Below are positions 43,939 to 56,089 of a DNA stretch of 64,000 bases, one piece after another. The DNA comes from Escherichia coli. Lineage in GTDB: Bacteria > Pseudomonadota > Gammaproteobacteria > Enterobacterales > Enterobacteriaceae. The DNA is taken from the NCBI RefSeq assembly GCF_044647545.1, contig NZ_CP172818.1; one strand, given 5' to 3'. The notes beneath the pieces are model-generated. The model was not told where the DNA came from. It saw only the letters and a program-made list of their open reading frames with translations, and ran no database searches. The number at the start of each line of letters is the position of its first letter. The first letter of the stretch is position 1. Both the position numbers and the translations under genes were made by a program.

Positions 43939-45097
43939 AGTGAAATTAGCCGTACCGACATCCGGTGGCTTTTCCGGGCTGAAATCACTGAATTTGCAGG
44001 TCTTCGTGATGATTGCAGCTATCATCGCAATCATGCTGTTCTTTACCTGGACCACCGATGGTGCCTACTTAAGCGCCCGTAACGTCTCCAACCTGTTACG
44101 CCAAACCGCGATTACCGGCATCCTCGCGGTAGGAATGGTGTTCGTCATAATTTCTGCTGAAATCAACCTTTCCGTCGGCTCAATGATGGGGCTGTTAGGT
44201 GGCGTCGCGGCGATTTGTGACGTCTGGCTAGGCTGGCCTTTGCCACTTACCATCATTGTGACTTTGGTTCTGGGACTGCTTCTCGGTGCCTGGAACGGAT
44301 GGTGGGTCGCGTACCGCAAAGTCCCTTCATTTATTGTCACCCTCGCGGGCATGTTGGCATTTCGCGGCATACTCATTGGCATCACCAACGGCACGACTGT
44401 TTCCCCCACCAGCGCCGCGATGTCACAAATCGGGCAAAGCTATCTACCCGCCAGCACCGGCTTCATCATTGGCGCGCTTGGCTTAATGGCTTTTGTTGGC
44501 TGGCAATGGCGCGGAAGAATGCGCCGTCAGGCTTTGGGTTTGCAGTCTCCGGCTTCTACCGCAGTAGTCGGTCGCCAGGCTTTAACCGCTATCATCGTAT
44601 TAGGCGCAATCTGGCTGTTGAATGATTACCGTGGCGTTCCCACTCCTGTTCTGCTGCTGACGTTGCTGTTACTCGGCGGAATGTTTATGGCAACGCGGAC
44701 GGCATTTGGACGACGCATTTATGCCATCGGCGGCAATCTGGAAGCAGCACGGCTCTCCGGGATTAACGTTGAACGCACCAAACTTGCCGTGTTCGCTATT
44801 AACGGATTAATGGTCGCCATCGCCGGATTAATCCTCAGTTCTCGACTTGGCGCTGGTTCACCTTCTGCGGGGAATATCGCCGAGCTGGACGCAATTGCCG
44901 CATGTGTGATTGGCGGCACCAGTCTGGCAGGCGGCGTCGGGAGCGTGGCTGGAGCGGTAATGGGGGCATTCATCATGGCTTCACTGGATAACGGCATGAG
45001 TATGATGGATGTACCGACCTTCTGGCAGTATATCGTTAAAGGTGCGATTCTGTTGCTGGCAGTATGGATGGACTCCGCAACCAAACGCCGTTCTTGA
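43916..45097 (+). CDS. xylH: D-xylose ABC transporter permease
   Basis: 393-aa polytopic membrane ORF overlapping the xylG 3' end. Confidence 0.9.
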   Translation: MSKSNPSEVKLAVPTSGGFSGLKSLNLQVFVMIAAIIAIMLFFTWTTDGAYLSARNVSNLLRQTAITGILAVGMVFVIISAEINLSVGSMMGLLGGVAAICDVWLGWPLPLTIIVTLVLGLLLGAWNGWWVAYRKVPSFIVTLAGMLAFRGILIGITNGTTVSPTSAAMSQIGQSYLPASTGFIIGALGLMAFVGWQWRGRMRRQALGLQSPASTAVVGRQALTAIIVLGAIWLLNDYRGVPTPVLLLTLLLLGGMFMATRTAFGRRIYAIGGNLEAARLSGINVERTKLAVFAINGLMVAIAGLILSSRLGAGSPSAGNIAELDAIAACVIGGTSLAGGVGSVAGAVMGAFIMASLDNGMSMMDVPTFWQYIVKGAILLLAVWMDSATKRRS

Positions 45098-45174
45098 TTT
45101 TGATAAAAATTTTCTCAAAGCCGGTAACGTATTACCGGTTTTGAGTTTTTGCATGATTCAGCAGGAAAAGAACC

Positions 45175-46353
45175 ATGTTTACTAAACGTCACCGCATCAC
45201 ATTACTGTTCAATGCCAATAAAGCCTATGACCGGCAGGTAGTAGAAGGCGTAGGGGAATATTTACAGGCGTCACAATCGGAATGGGATATTTTCATTGAA
45301 GAAGATTTCCGCGCCCGCATTGATAAAATCAAGGACTGGTTAGGAGATGGCGTCATTGCCGACTTCGACGACAAACAAATCGAGCAAGCGCTAGCTGATG
45401 TCGACGTCCCCATTGTTGGGGTTGGTGGCTCGTATCACCTTGCCGAAAGTTACCCACCCGTTCATTACATTGCCACCGATAACTATGCGCTGGTTGAAAG
45501 CGCATTTTTGCATTTAAAAGAGAAAGGCGTTAACCGCTTTGCTTTTTATGGTCTTCCGGAATCAAGCGGTAAACGTTGGGCCACTGAACGCGAATATGCA
45601 TTTCGTCAGCTTGTCGCCGAAGAAAAGTATCGCGGAGTGGTTTATCAGGGGTTAGAAACCGCGCCAGAGAACTGGCAACACGCGCAAAATCGGCTGGCAG
45701 ACTGGCTACAAACGCTGCCACCGCAAACCGGGATTATTGCCGTTACTGACGCCCGGGCGCGGCATATTCTGCAAGTATGTGAACATCTACACATTCCCGT
45801 ACCGGAAAAATTATGCGTGATTGGCATCGATAACGAAGAACTGACCCGCTATCTTTCGCGCGTCGCTCTCTCTTCTGTCGCTCAGGGCGCACGGCAAATG
45901 GGCTATCAGGCGGCAAAACTGTTGCATCGATTATTAGATAAAGAAGAAATGCCGCTACAGCGGATTTTGGTCCCACCAGTTCGCGTCATTGAACGGCGCT
46001 CAACAGATTACCGCTCGCTGACCGATCCCGCCGTTATTCAGGCCATGCATTACATTCGTAATCACGCCTGTAAAGGGATTAAAGTGGATCAGGTACTGGA
46101 TGCGGTGGGCATATCACGCTCCAATCTTGAGAAGCGTTTTAAAGAAGAGGTGGGTGAAACCATCCATGCCATGATTCATGCCGAGAAGCTGGAGAAAGCG
46201 CGCAGTCTGCTGATTTCAACCACCTTGTCAATTAACGAGATATCGCAAATGTGCGGTTATCCATCGCTGCAATATTTCTACTCTGTTTTTAAAAAAGCAT
46301 ATGACACAACGCCAAAAGAGTATCGCGATGTAAATAGCGAGGTCATGTTGTAG
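45175..46353 (+). CDS. xylR: Xylose operon transcriptional activator XylR (AraC family with periplasmic-binding-protein-like sensor domain)
   Basis: 392-aa ORF; C-terminal AraC-type HTH (INEISQMCGYPSLQYFYSVFKKAYDTTPKEYR). Confidence 0.9.
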   Translation: MFTKRHRITLLFNANKAYDRQVVEGVGEYLQASQSEWDIFIEEDFRARIDKIKDWLGDGVIADFDDKQIEQALADVDVPIVGVGGSYHLAESYPPVHYIATDNYALVESAFLHLKEKGVNRFAFYGLPESSGKRWATEREYAFRQLVAEEKYRGVVYQGLETAPENWQHAQNRLADWLQTLPPQTGIIAVTDARARHILQVCEHLHIPVPEKLCVIGIDNEELTRYLSRVALSSVAQGARQMGYQAAKLLHRLLDKEEMPLQRILVPPVRVIERRSTDYRSLTDPAVIQAMHYIRNHACKGIKVDQVLDAVGISRSNLEKRFKEEVGETIHAMIHAEKLEKARSLLISTTLSINEISQMCGYPSLQYFYSVFKKAYDTTPKEYRDVNSEVML

Positions 46354-46359
46354 CGATGA

Positions 46360-46458
46360 TGAGAATTATCGGCGTCGCATCAGGTAACTCAGCACAACCA
46401 CCTGATACGAGCAAAAGCCTTATCCGCCTGACAAGTCGGATAAGGCTCGAGGAAATGC
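46360..46458. repeat. REP/palindromic element between xylR and bax
   Basis: Inverted repeat gccttatccgcctgacaagtcggataaggc and an adjacent cgcatcaggtaactcagcacaaccacctgatacg palindrome. Confidence 0.5.
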
Positions 46459-46460
46459 AA

Positions 46461-47285
46461 TTACATATGCGCCGCGATTAACCGTTGGTTATCCTGGTAC
46501 ATTGCGAACAGGTAGTTGTTATAACTCTTCCCTTTGGTCGAGTAGCCCTTCAGCTTGTGAATCATCGCTGTGGCAGTCACTTCCTGATCCGCTTTACGCA
46601 GTTGTGCACGCGATTTACGGAACGAAGAGTAAGCCGGGTGCGTATTGAGGTTAGTGACATAGGCGCTCACCGATTCTTTGACAGAACTAAACTGTGAGTA
46701 CCCTTTCACTTTACCCGGCGCATTGGTACAACGTCCTTTCATGCATTTCATGCCGAACAGGTTGTTGTTGTTGCGCGCCAGCTTTGACGTTCCCCAACCG
46801 CTTTCTGCTGCAGCCATCGTCGCCACCATACTGGTAGGGATAATGTCTACGCGTTCAAGCAAGGTATTCCACGGGATTTTTCGCGTATTACCAGACCACT
46901 TCACCTTGTAGCGTTTGGCGATGTCTTTCAGACGCGCACGCTCAGCAGGTGACCATTGGCCCTGATACTGTTTTGAAATCAGCCAGTTACGTTCCGCAGT
47001 AATGGCCGCATTTTGGCTGGTAATGTAAGGCATTACAGTCCGGAGAAACGCCTTTTTCCTTGGTGTTCCGGAAGGGTATTTTCGCAAATCAGGAAGTGAA
47101 CTACTCTTTGCACTATTGCGAGAATACTCTTGTTTACTGCTTACCTGTTTATTACTAGCTTTAGTTAAGTGGGACTTTTGACTCGCTGTTGTTGTGTGCG
47201 TCTTCGCTAACACCTCACTCGAAAACACCAGAGTGAGTAACATAAGAATCATCGCCCCATATCGTCGTATGGGAGTCAAAATCAT
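46461..47285 (-). CDS. bax: Bax protein (glucosaminidase-domain-like, secreted)
   Basis: 274-aa ORF with an N-terminal hydrophobic signal-like segment; position between xylR and malS. Confidence 0.75.
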   Translation of the reverse strand: MILTPIRRYGAMILMLLTLVFSSEVLAKTHTTTASQKSHLTKASNKQVSSKQEYSRNSAKSSSLPDLRKYPSGTPRKKAFLRTVMPYITSQNAAITAERNWLISKQYQGQWSPAERARLKDIAKRYKVKWSGNTRKIPWNTLLERVDIIPTSMVATMAAAESGWGTSKLARNNNNLFGMKCMKGRCTNAPGKVKGYSQFSSVKESVSAYVTNLNTHPAYSSFRKSRAQLRKADQEVTATAMIHKLKGYSTKGKSYNNYLFAMYQDNQRLIAAHM

Positions 47286-47604
47286 CAGGTCTCCTGGTCG
47301 GATTTAATCATTCCAACACCTTATATTTTTTACAAATTTGAGAGTTGAATCTCAAATCATATCAAAAATAGCTGTCAAGAGCACCCCAAGGAATAGTCCA
47401 AATCTGAAACTATGTCACGAGTTAACGATTCAGATTGGCGCTAAATCGCAGAAAATGTGGGGTTTATCGCAAAATTCAGCCGTTTTTTGCGCGCGATCGC
47501 TCACCCTTGCTTCTCATCCTGTGGACTTACCGCTCAGGGATGAGTTTTGTCTGGCTTATCGCTGGCAAACTGTCTGAAATCGCAGCAATAAGGACTCATT
47601 CGCC

Positions 47605-49635
47605 ATGAAACTCGCCGCCTGTTTTCTGACACTCCTTCCTGGCTTCGCCGTTGCCGCCAGCTGGACTTCTCCGGGGTTTCCCACCTTTAGCGAACAGGGG
47701 ACGGGAACATTTGTCAGCCACGCGCAGTTGCCCAAAGGTACGCGTCCACTAACGCTAAATTTTGACCAACAGTGCTGGCAGCCTGCGGATGCGATAAAAC
47801 TCAATCAGATGCTTTCCCTGCAACCTTGTAGCAACACGCCGCCTCAATGGCGATTGTTCAGGGACGGCGAATATACGCTGCAACTAGACACCCGCTCCGG
47901 TACACCAACATTGATGATTTCCATCCAGAACGCCGTCGAACCGGTAGCAAGCCTGGTCCGTGAATGCCCGAAATGGGATGGATTACCGCTCACACTGGAT
48001 GTCAGCGCCACTTTTCCGGAGGGAGCCGCCGTCCGGGATTATTACAGCCAGCAAATTGCGATAGTGAAGAACGGTCAAATAACGTTACAACCCGCTGCCA
48101 CCAGCAACGGTTTACTCCTGCTGGAACGGGCAGAAACTGACGCCTCTGCCCCTTTCGACTGGCATAACGCCACGGTTTACTTTGTGCTGACAGATCGTTT
48201 CGAAAACGGCGATCCCAGTAATGACCAGAGTTACGGACGTCATAAAGACGGTATGGCAGAAATTGGCACTTTTCACGGCGGCGATTTACGCGGCCTGACC
48301 AACAAACTGGATTACCTCCAGCAGCTGGGCGTCAATGCTTTATGGATAAGTGCCCCATTTGAGCAAATTCACGGCTGGGTCGGCGGCGGTACAAAAGGCG
48401 ATTTCCCGCATTATGCCTACCACGGTTATTACACACAGGACTGGACGAATCTTGATGCCAATATGGGCCGCGAAGCCGATCTACGGACACTGGTTGATAG
48501 CGCGCATCAGCGCGGTATTCGTATTCTCTTTGATGTCGTGATGAACCACACCGGTTATGCCACACTGGCGGATATGCAGGAGTATCAGTTTGGCGCGTTA
48601 TATCTTTCTGGTGACGAGCTGAAAAAAACGTTGGGTGAACGCTGGAGCGACTGGAAACCTGCCGCCGGGCAAACCTGGCATAGCTTTAACGATTACATTA
48701 ATTTCAGCGACAAAACAGGCTGGGATAAATGGTGGGGAAAAAACTGGATCAGAACCGATATCGGCGATTACGACAATCCTGGATTCGACGATCTCACTAT
48801 GTCGCTGGCCTTTTTGCCGGATATCAAAACCGAATCAACGACCGCTTCTGGTCTGCCGGTGTTCTATAAAAACAAAACGGATACCCACGCTAAAGTCATC
48901 GACGGCTTTACCCCTCGCGATTACTTAACCCACTGGTTAAGTCAGTGGGTTCGCGACTATGGGATTGATGGTTTTCGGGTCGACACCGCCAAACATGTTG
49001 AGTTGCCCGCCTGGCAGCAACTGAAAACCGAAGCCAGCGCCGCGCTTCGCGAATGGAAAAAAGCTAACTCCGACAAAGCATTAGATGACAAGCCTTTCTG
49101 GATGACCGGTGAAGCCTGGGGCCACGGCGTGATGCAAAGTGACTACTATCGCCACGGCTTCGATGCGATGATCAATTTCGATTATCAGGAGCAGGCGGCG
49201 AAAGCAGTCGATTGTTTTGCGCAGATGGATACGACCTGGCAGCAAATGGCGGAGAAATTGCAGGATTTCAACGTGTTGAGCTACCTCTCGTCGCATGATA
49301 CCCGCCTGTTCCGCGAAGGTGGTAATAAAGCAGCAGAGTTATTGTTATTAGCGCCAGGCGCGGTACAAATCTTTTATGGTGATGAATCCTCGCGTCCGTT
49401 CGGCCCCACCGGTTCGGATCCACTGCAAGGCACGCGTTCGGATATGAACTGGCAGGATGTTAGCGGCAAATCTGCCGCCAGCGTCGCGCACTGGCAGAAA
49501 ATCAGCCAGTTCCGCGCCCGCCATCCCGCAATTGGCGAGGGCAAACAAACGACACTTTCGCTGAAGCAGGGCTACGGCTTTGTTCGTGAGCATGGCGACG
49601 ATAAAGTGCTGGTCATCTGGGCTGGGCAACAGTGA
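47605..49635 (+). CDS. malS: Periplasmic alpha-amylase MalS
   Basis: 676-aa ORF with signal peptide MKLAACFLTLLPGFAVAASW; GH13 motifs (DVVMNHTG, GFRVDTAKH). Confidence 0.9.
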   Translation: MKLAACFLTLLPGFAVAASWTSPGFPTFSEQGTGTFVSHAQLPKGTRPLTLNFDQQCWQPADAIKLNQMLSLQPCSNTPPQWRLFRDGEYTLQLDTRSGTPTLMISIQNAVEPVASLVRECPKWDGLPLTLDVSATFPEGAAVRDYYSQQIAIVKNGQITLQPAATSNGLLLLERAETDASAPFDWHNATVYFVLTDRFENGDPSNDQSYGRHKDGMAEIGTFHGGDLRGLTNKLDYLQQLGVNALWISAPFEQIHGWVGGGTKGDFPHYAYHGYYTQDWTNLDANMGREADLRTLVDSAHQRGIRILFDVVMNHTGYATLADMQEYQFGALYLSGDELKKTLGERWSDWKPAAGQTWHSFNDYINFSDKTGWDKWWGKNWIRTDIGDYDNPGFDDLTMSLAFLPDIKTESTTASGLPVFYKNKTDTHAKVIDGFTPRDYLTHWLSQWVRDYGIDGFRVDTAKHVELPAWQQLKTEASAALREWKKANSDKALDDKPFWMTGEAWGHGVMQSDYYRHGFDAMINFDYQEQAAKAVDCFAQMDTTWQQMAEKLQDFNVLSYLSSHDTRLFREGGNKAAELLLLAPGAVQIFYGDESSRPFGPTGSDPLQGTRSDMNWQDVSGKSAASVAHWQKISQFRARHPAIGEGKQTTLSLKQGYGFVREHGDDKVLVIWAGQQ

Positions 49636-49812
49636 CTTTTCCGGCTTCCCGTTCGTCAGTACCTCGGGAAGCCGCCAACCAGGATAAAATGTCAGCTCTA
49701 ATCAGCGTTGCAGGATAAAGCACTGCTCCCTCTTCAACAGAGCGATTTGCACCCCAGCAAATGTAGCGTTATTGTTACCTTCCTTGCTACAGAGTTCGAC
49801 AGATATCCCGCT

Positions 49813-51066
49813 ATGACATTCTCCCTTTTTGGTGACAAATTTACCCGCCACTCCGGCATTACGCTGCTGATGGAAGATCTGAACGACGGTTTACGCACGC
49901 CTGGCGCGATTATGCTCGGCGGCGGTAATCCAGCGCAGATCCCGGAAATGCAAGACTACTTCCAGACGCTACTGACCGACATGCTGGAAAGTGGCAAAGC
50001 GACTGATGCACTGTGCAATTACGACGGTCCACAGGGGAAAACGGAGCTACTCACACTGCTTGCCGGAATGCTGCGCGAGAAGTTGGGTTGGGATATCGAA
50101 CCACAGAATATTGCACTAACAAACGGCAGCCAGAGCGCGTTTTTCTACTTATTTAATCTGTTTGCCGGACGCCGTGCCGATGGTCGGGTCAAAAAAGTGC
50201 TGTTCCCGCTGGCACCTGAATATATTGGCTACGCTGACGCCGGACTGGAAGAAGATCTGTTTGTCTCTGCGCGTCCGAATATTGAACTGCTGCCGGAAGG
50301 CCAGTTTAAATACCACGTCGATTTTGAGCATCTGCATATTGGCGAAGAAACCGGGATGATTTGCGTCTCCCGGCCGACGAATCCAACAGGCAATGTGATT
50401 ACTGACGAAGAGTTGCTGAAGCTTGACGCGCTGGCGAATCAACACGGCATTCCGCTGGTGATTGATAACGCTTATGGCGTCCCGTTCCCGGGTATCATCT
50501 TCAGCGAAGCGCGCCCGCTGTGGAATCCGAATATTGTACTGTGCATGAGTCTTTCCAAGCTGGGACTACCGGGTTCGCGCTGCGGCATTATCATCGCCAA
50601 TGAAAAAATCATCACCGCAATCACCAACATGAACGGCATTATCAGCCTGGCGCCTGGCGGTATTGGTCCGGCGATAATGTGTGAAATGATTAAGCGTAAC
50701 GATCTGCTGCGCCTGTCTGAAACGGTTATCAAACCGTTTTATTACCAGCGTGTTCAGGAAACTATCGCCATCATTCGCCGCTATTTACCGGAAGATCGCT
50801 GCCTGATTCATAAACCGGAAGGAGCCATTTTCCTCTGGCTATGGTTTAAGGATTTGCCAATTACGACCGAGCAGCTCTACCAGCGCCTGAAAGCACGGGG
50901 CGTGCTGATGGTGCCGGGGCACAACTTCTTCCCAGGGCTGGATAAACCGTGGCCACATACACATCAATGTATGCGCATGAACTACGTGCCGGAGCCGGAT
51001 AAAATTGAGGCGGGGGTGAAGATTCTGGCGGAAGAGATAGAAAGAGCCTGGGCTGAAAGCCATTAA
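49813..51066 (+). CDS. avtA: Valine--pyruvate aminotransferase
   Basis: ORF 49708..51066 trimmed to MTFSLFGDKFTRHSGIT (417 aa); PLP class-I aminotransferase lysine region SLSKLGLPG. Confidence 0.85.
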   Translation: MTFSLFGDKFTRHSGITLLMEDLNDGLRTPGAIMLGGGNPAQIPEMQDYFQTLLTDMLESGKATDALCNYDGPQGKTELLTLLAGMLREKLGWDIEPQNIALTNGSQSAFFYLFNLFAGRRADGRVKKVLFPLAPEYIGYADAGLEEDLFVSARPNIELLPEGQFKYHVDFEHLHIGEETGMICVSRPTNPTGNVITDEELLKLDALANQHGIPLVIDNAYGVPFPGIIFSEARPLWNPNIVLCMSLSKLGLPGSRCGIIIANEKIITAITNMNGIISLAPGGIGPAIMCEMIKRNDLLRLSETVIKPFYYQRVQETIAIIRRYLPEDRCLIHKPEGAIFLWLWFKDLPITTEQLYQRLKARGVLMVPGHNFFPGLDKPWPHTHQCMRMNYVPEPDKIEAGVKILAEEIERAWAESH

Positions 51067-51104
51067 TACGCTATTCCGGCGTTGAGAAACGCCGGAAAAA
51101 CGTT

Positions 51105-51578
51105 TCAAACAGGCTGCTGCCGTAGCCGATGCCGCTGCACTTTCTCGACATCCATGCACTGCAACGCCTTTGTCGGGCAGGCTTCAACACAGGCCGGTCC
51201 CGTCGCCCGATGCCAGCACAGATCGCACTTAATCGCCCTCGCATTTTTGCGCGAAGAAACGACCTCCATCGCACCAAACGGGCAAGCCAGCATACAGCTT
51301 TTACAGCCAATGCAACGTGATTGTTCAACGAAAATATGCCCATGTTCGCGGCTTATCGCGTCAACAGGGCACACATTTGCGCACGGTGCATCTTCACACT
51401 GATGACAGGCTACTGCCGTGGTGTAAGTATGATCTTTAATGACACGAATACGCGAAATAAACTCACCGTGTGACAACGCAGCGCAATCCTGATTCTCCTG
51501 ATGCGACACTGCGCAAGCCACTTCACAGGTACGGCAACCGATACATTTCGTCGCATCCGCAATAATAAACCGGTTCAT
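51105..51578 (-). CDS. ysaA: Ferredoxin-like protein YsaA (four [4Fe-4S] cluster motifs)
   Basis: Four Cys clusters visible: CIGCRTCEVAC, CHQCEDAPCANVCP, CIGCKSCMLACP, CDLCWHRATGPACVEACP; about 157 aa. Confidence 0.75.
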   Translation of the reverse strand: MNRFIIADATKCIGCRTCEVACAVSHQENQDCAALSHGEFISRIRVIKDHTYTTAVACHQCEDAPCANVCPVDAISREHGHIFVEQSRCIGCKSCMLACPFGAMEVVSSRKNARAIKCDLCWHRATGPACVEACPTKALQCMDVEKVQRHRLRQQPV

Positions 51579-51679
51579 GATCACTCCTTTGCACTAAAAC
51601 AGCAGAGTGCCAGAGAGCGCGTCTCTACTGCTTTGATCCAACGAAGGAAATGTTAAAGTTTTGGCACTTGTCCAAAGCG

Positions 51680-52528
51680 TTATGTGATCGCGCCCTGGTC
51701 GTCCCTGACAGTAAATCCCAGTTCATTAGAAATAGCCTGCGCGGTTTCACGCAGTGGTTTCAGGAGATTTTTCTCCCCCACCTGTTTCAGACGTGATGTC
51801 GAAAGCGAAATCGACACGGCGTACGGCACCCGCCCATGAATATCAAACACCGGAACAGCAATACAGGAGACGCCGAGTTCGTTTTCTTCTCTGTCCATCG
51901 CCGCTCCGCTTTCACGAATGTGCGCCAGTTCGTCGAACATCGCGGGCAGCTCGGTAATGGTATTGCGGGTTAACGGCTGGATCTCATGCTGATGGCTTTC
52001 CCAGTATGACTTCACGTAGTCCGGGTGACCAAACGCCATGTAGATCTTGCCCATTGCGGAACAGTAGAGCGGCATATGCTGGCCAATATAGGCACGGGTT
52101 CGCAGCATCCCGGTTGTGGGTTCCAGCTTATAAATCAAAATAGCGTGATCGTCTTCGCGGCTGGAGAAGTTAATAGTTTCACCAGTGGCGATGTTCAGTG
52201 CCTCAAGATGCGGAGCGGCGATATGAATGATATTCAGCGAAGACAGCGCCTTCTGCCCGACGGCAATAAATTTGGTGGTCAGGCGGTAACTCCCTGCGGC
52301 GGGCGCGGTGGTCACATAGCCGCAGGATTGTAATCCCTGCAATAAGCGATGGACGGTACTCTTATTTAAACCAGCCAGTTCCGAAAGATGCGCCAACGGA
52401 CAACCGTTTGGATAGTTGCTCAAAATCTCAATCAGCATCAACCCGCGAAACAGACTCTGGCTTCCGGCTGGACGCTCTTTTTCCTGCGCCATCTCGTTCT
52501 CTTTTTTTCCCATCACTTCTTTCCCCAT
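51680..52528 (-). CDS. yiaJ: IclR-family transcriptional repressor YiaJ (regulator of the yiaK-sgbE operon)
   Basis: 282-aa ORF with N-terminal HTH (LAHLSELAGLNKSTVHRLLQGL); divergent from yiaK. Confidence 0.8.
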   Translation of the reverse strand: MGKEVMGKKENEMAQEKERPAGSQSLFRGLMLIEILSNYPNGCPLAHLSELAGLNKSTVHRLLQGLQSCGYVTTAPAAGSYRLTTKFIAVGQKALSSLNIIHIAAPHLEALNIATGETINFSSREDDHAILIYKLEPTTGMLRTRAYIGQHMPLYCSAMGKIYMAFGHPDYVKSYWESHQHEIQPLTRNTITELPAMFDELAHIRESGAAMDREENELGVSCIAVPVFDIHGRVPYAVSISLSTSRLKQVGEKNLLKPLRETAQAISNELGFTVRDDQGAIT

Positions 52529-52728
52529 TTTGTCGCGTCCTGATGGTAGCGCAAAGTGTGCCGTAGTTCACGATCTCGACAGATAATTTATAACCACTTG
52601 ATTCTTAAGTTTTTTGAAATTCGTCAATCCGATTGCTTTGTTAAAAAGTGATCGATATATTTGAAATCAAGTTTCGCATATTGAAATTTTAAGCCAAAAA
52701 AGCGATCAAAAAAACAAGGAAACCTGGG
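52529..52728. promoter_or_regulatory. Divergent yiaJ / yiaK promoter-operator region
   Basis: 200 bp AT-rich spacer between divergent genes; operator sites not mapped. Confidence 0.4.
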
Positions 52729-53727
52729 ATGAAAGTGACATTTGAGCAGTTAAAAGCAGCCTTTAATCGGGTCTTAATTTCACGCGGCGTTGACAGCGAA
52801 ACGGCTGACGCCTGTGCAGAGATGTTCGCCCGCACCACCGAATCCGGCGTTTATTCTCACGGCGTTAATCGTTTCCCTCGTTTCATTCAACAACTGGAAA
52901 ACGGCGATATCATTCCTGATGCCCAACCCAAACGTATAACCAGCCTCGGCGCAATTGAACAGTGGGACGCTCAGCGTTCGATCGGTAACCTGACAGCGAA
53001 AAAGATGATGGATCGCGCCATTGAACTGGCTGCCGATCACGGTATTGGTCTGGTGGCACTACGTAATGCCAACCACTGGATGCGCGGCGGCAGCTACGGC
53101 TGGCAGGCGGCGGAAAAAGGCTATATTGGCATTTGCTGGACCAACTCCATCGCCGTAATGCCGCCGTGGGGCGCAAAAGAGTGTCGCATCGGCACCAACC
53201 CGCTGATCGTCGCCATTCCTTCTACCCCAATCACCATGGTCGATATGTCGATGTCGATGTTCTCTTACGGCATGTTAGAAGTTAACCGTCTGGCAGGCCG
53301 TCAGCTCCCGGTCGATGGTGGCTTTGATGATGAGGGCAATTTGACCAAAGAACCTGGCGTTATCGAGAAGAATCGCCGCATTTTGCCGATGGGCTACTGG
53401 AAAGGTTCTGGCATGTCGATTGTGCTGGATATGATCGCCACTCTCCTTTCCGACGGCGCATCGGTTGCCGAAGTCACCCAGGACAACAGCGACGAATACG
53501 GCGTTTCGCAAATCTTTATCGCCATCGAAGTGGATAAATTGATCGACGGCCCCACCCGCGATGCCAAGCTGCAACGCATCATGGATTACGTTACTACCGC
53601 TGAACGCGCTGACGAAAACCAGGCCATCCGCTTACCCGGCCACGAATTTACTACCCTGCTGGCCGAAAACCGCCGTAACGGCATCACTGTTGATGACAGC
53701 GTGTGGGCCAAAATCCAGGCGTTATGA
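52729..53727 (+). CDS. yiaK: 2,3-diketo-L-gulonate reductase (Ldh2/Mdh2-family NADH oxidoreductase)
   Basis: 332-aa [30 protein letters not shown]... Confidence 0.85.
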   Translation: MKVTFEQLKAAFNRVLISRGVDSETADACAEMFARTTESGVYSHGVNRFPRFIQQLENGDIIPDAQPKRITSLGAIEQWDAQRSIGNLTAKKMMDRAIELAADHGIGLVALRNANHWMRGGSYGWQAAEKGYIGICWTNSIAVMPPWGAKECRIGTNPLIVAIPSTPITMVDMSMSMFSYGMLEVNRLAGRQLPVDGGFDDEGNLTKEPGVIEKNRRILPMGYWKGSGMSIVLDMIATLLSDGASVAEVTQDNSDEYGVSQIFIAIEVDKLIDGPTRDAKLQRIMDYVTTAERADENQAIRLPGHEFTTLLAENRRNGITVDDSVWAKIQAL

Positions 53728-53735
53728 GGAGATAA

Positions 53736-54206
<471 letters not shown>

Positions 54207-54323
54207 TCGAATAATCGTCTACGCCAGAACGCCTGGGTAATGTTATTGCTCTAACTATATTAATAATTTAGGTTGCTGCACATGCAACTTGAATTATGAC
54301 AGACATAGCCTCAAGGAATAGCT

Positions 54324-54797
54324 ATGAAAAAAATACTTGAAGCAATACTGGCGATTAATCTCGCCGTACTTTCCTGTATTGTGTTTATAAACATTATTTT
54401 AAGATATGGTTTTCAGACAAGCATTTTATCTGTAGATGAATTGTCACGTTATTTATTTGTCTGGTTAACATTTATTGGCGCGATTGTGGCTTTTATGGAT
54501 AACGCCCACGTTCAGGTCACCTTTCTGGTGGAGAAACTCTCCCCCGCATGGCAGCGACGAGTCGCTCTGGTTACCCATTCCTTAATCTTATTTATTTGTG
54601 GCGCACTGGCCTGGGGCGCAACGCTAAAAACAATTCAGGACTGGAGCGATTATTCACCGATCCTCGGTTTGCCCATCGGCCTGATGTATGCCGCTTGTCT
54701 GCCCACCAGCCTCGTTATCGCATTCTTTGAACTGCGTCATTTATATCAACTCATCACGCGTAGCAATTCTCTAACGTCGCCACCGCAAGGAGCTTAA
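54324..54797 (+). CDS. yiaM: TRAP transporter small permease (DctQ-like), 2,3-diketo-L-gulonate uptake
   Basis: 157-aa ORF with four hydrophobic helices. Confidence 0.8.
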
Positions 54798-54799
54798 TC

Positions 54800-56077
54800 A
54801 TGGCTGTGCTGATTTTTCTGGGCTGTCTGTTGGGTGGTATTGCTATCGGTTTGCCTATTGCCTGGGCACTGTTGTTGTGCGGGGCGGCGTTAATGTTCTG
54901 GCTGGGCATGTTTGATGTCCAGATCATGGCACAAACGCTGGTGAACGGAGCCGACAGCTTCTCCCTGCTGGCGATTCCGTTCTTTGTGCTGGCGGGTGAA
55001 ATCATGAATGCGGGCGGCTTGTCAAAACGCATTGTTGACCTGCCGATGAAACTGGTGGGGCATAAACCAGGCGGGCTGGGCTACGTCGGCGTGCTGGCGG
55101 CTATGATTATGGCGAGCCTTTCTGGTTCTGCTGTTGCGGATACCGCCGCCGTTGCCGCGCTATTAGTGCCGATGATGCGCAGCGCTAACTACCCGGTCAA
55201 CCGTGCTGCGGGGCTGATTGCCTCTGGCGGCATTATCGCGCCAATTATTCCCCCTTCCATTCCGTTTATTATCTTCGGCGTTTCCAGCGGATTATCCATC
55301 AGCAAGCTGTTTATGGCGGGTGTTGCCCCAGGCATTATGATGGGCGCAACGCTGATGCTCACATGGTGGTGGCAGGCCAGTCGTCTTAATTTACCCCGTC
55401 AGCAAAAAGCAACGAAACGAGAAATCTGGCACTCTTTTGTTTCCGGTATCTGGGCGCTATTTCTTCCGGTCATTATTATTGGCGGCTTTCGCTCCGGTCT
55501 GTTTACCCCTACCGAAGCCGGGGCCGTTGCTGCTTTCTATGCGCTGTTTGTCGCCACAGTTATTTACCGTGAAATGACCTTCGCCACACTTTGGCATGTA
55601 CTCATTGGCGCGGCGAAAACCACCTCAGTGGTAATGTTTCTGGTGGCCTCGGCACAAGTTTCTGCCTGGCTGATTACCATTGCTGAACTGCCGATGATGG
55701 TTTCTGATTTACTGCAACCGTTGGTCGATTCACCGCGTCTGCTGTTTATCGTTATTATGCTGGCTATCCTGATTGTCGGCATGGTCATGGATTTAACGCC
55801 GACGGTGTTAATTCTTACTCCGGTATTAATGCCTTTAGTTAAAGAGGCAGGAATCGATCCGATTTATTTCGGTGTCATGTTTATCATTAACTGCTCAATC
55901 GGCTTAATTACACCGCCTATCGGTAATGTGCTTAACGTTATTTCAGGGGTGGCAAAACTCAAATTCGATGATGCAGTCAGAGGCGTTTTCCCTTACGTCC
56001 TGGTTTTATATTCATTATTAGTCGTATTTGTTTTTATTCCCGATCTCATCATCCTCCCTTTGAAATGGATTAATTAA
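54800..56077 (+). CDS. yiaN: TRAP transporter large permease (DctM-like)
   Basis: 425-aa polytopic membrane ORF. Confidence 0.85.
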   Translation: MAVLIFLGCLLGGIAIGLPIAWALLLCGAALMFWLGMFDVQIMAQTLVNGADSFSLLAIPFFVLAGEIMNAGGLSKRIVDLPMKLVGHKPGGLGYVGVLAAMIMASLSGSAVADTAAVAALLVPMMRSANYPVNRAAGLIASGGIIAPIIPPSIPFIIFGVSSGLSISKLFMAGVAPGIMMGATLMLTWWWQASRLNLPRQQKATKREIWHSFVSGIWALFLPVIIIGGFRSGLFTPTEAGAVAAFYALFVATVIYREMTFATLWHVLIGAAKTTSVVMFLVASAQVSAWLITIAELPMMVSDLLQPLVDSPRLLFIVIMLAILIVGMVMDLTPTVLILTPVLMPLVKEAGIDPIYFGVMFIINCSIGLITPPIGNVLNVISGVAKLKFDDAVRGVFPYVLVLYSLLVVFVFIPDLIILPLKWIN

Positions 56078-56089
56078 AAGGAAAATATT

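Noticed and set aside
51076-51096. Hairpin ccggcgtt...aacgccgg between avtA and ysaA as a bidirectional terminator
   Set aside because: The hairpin is followed by an A-run on the plus strand and preceded (not followed) by the T-run on the minus strand, so it is not a canonical intrinsic terminator for either gene.
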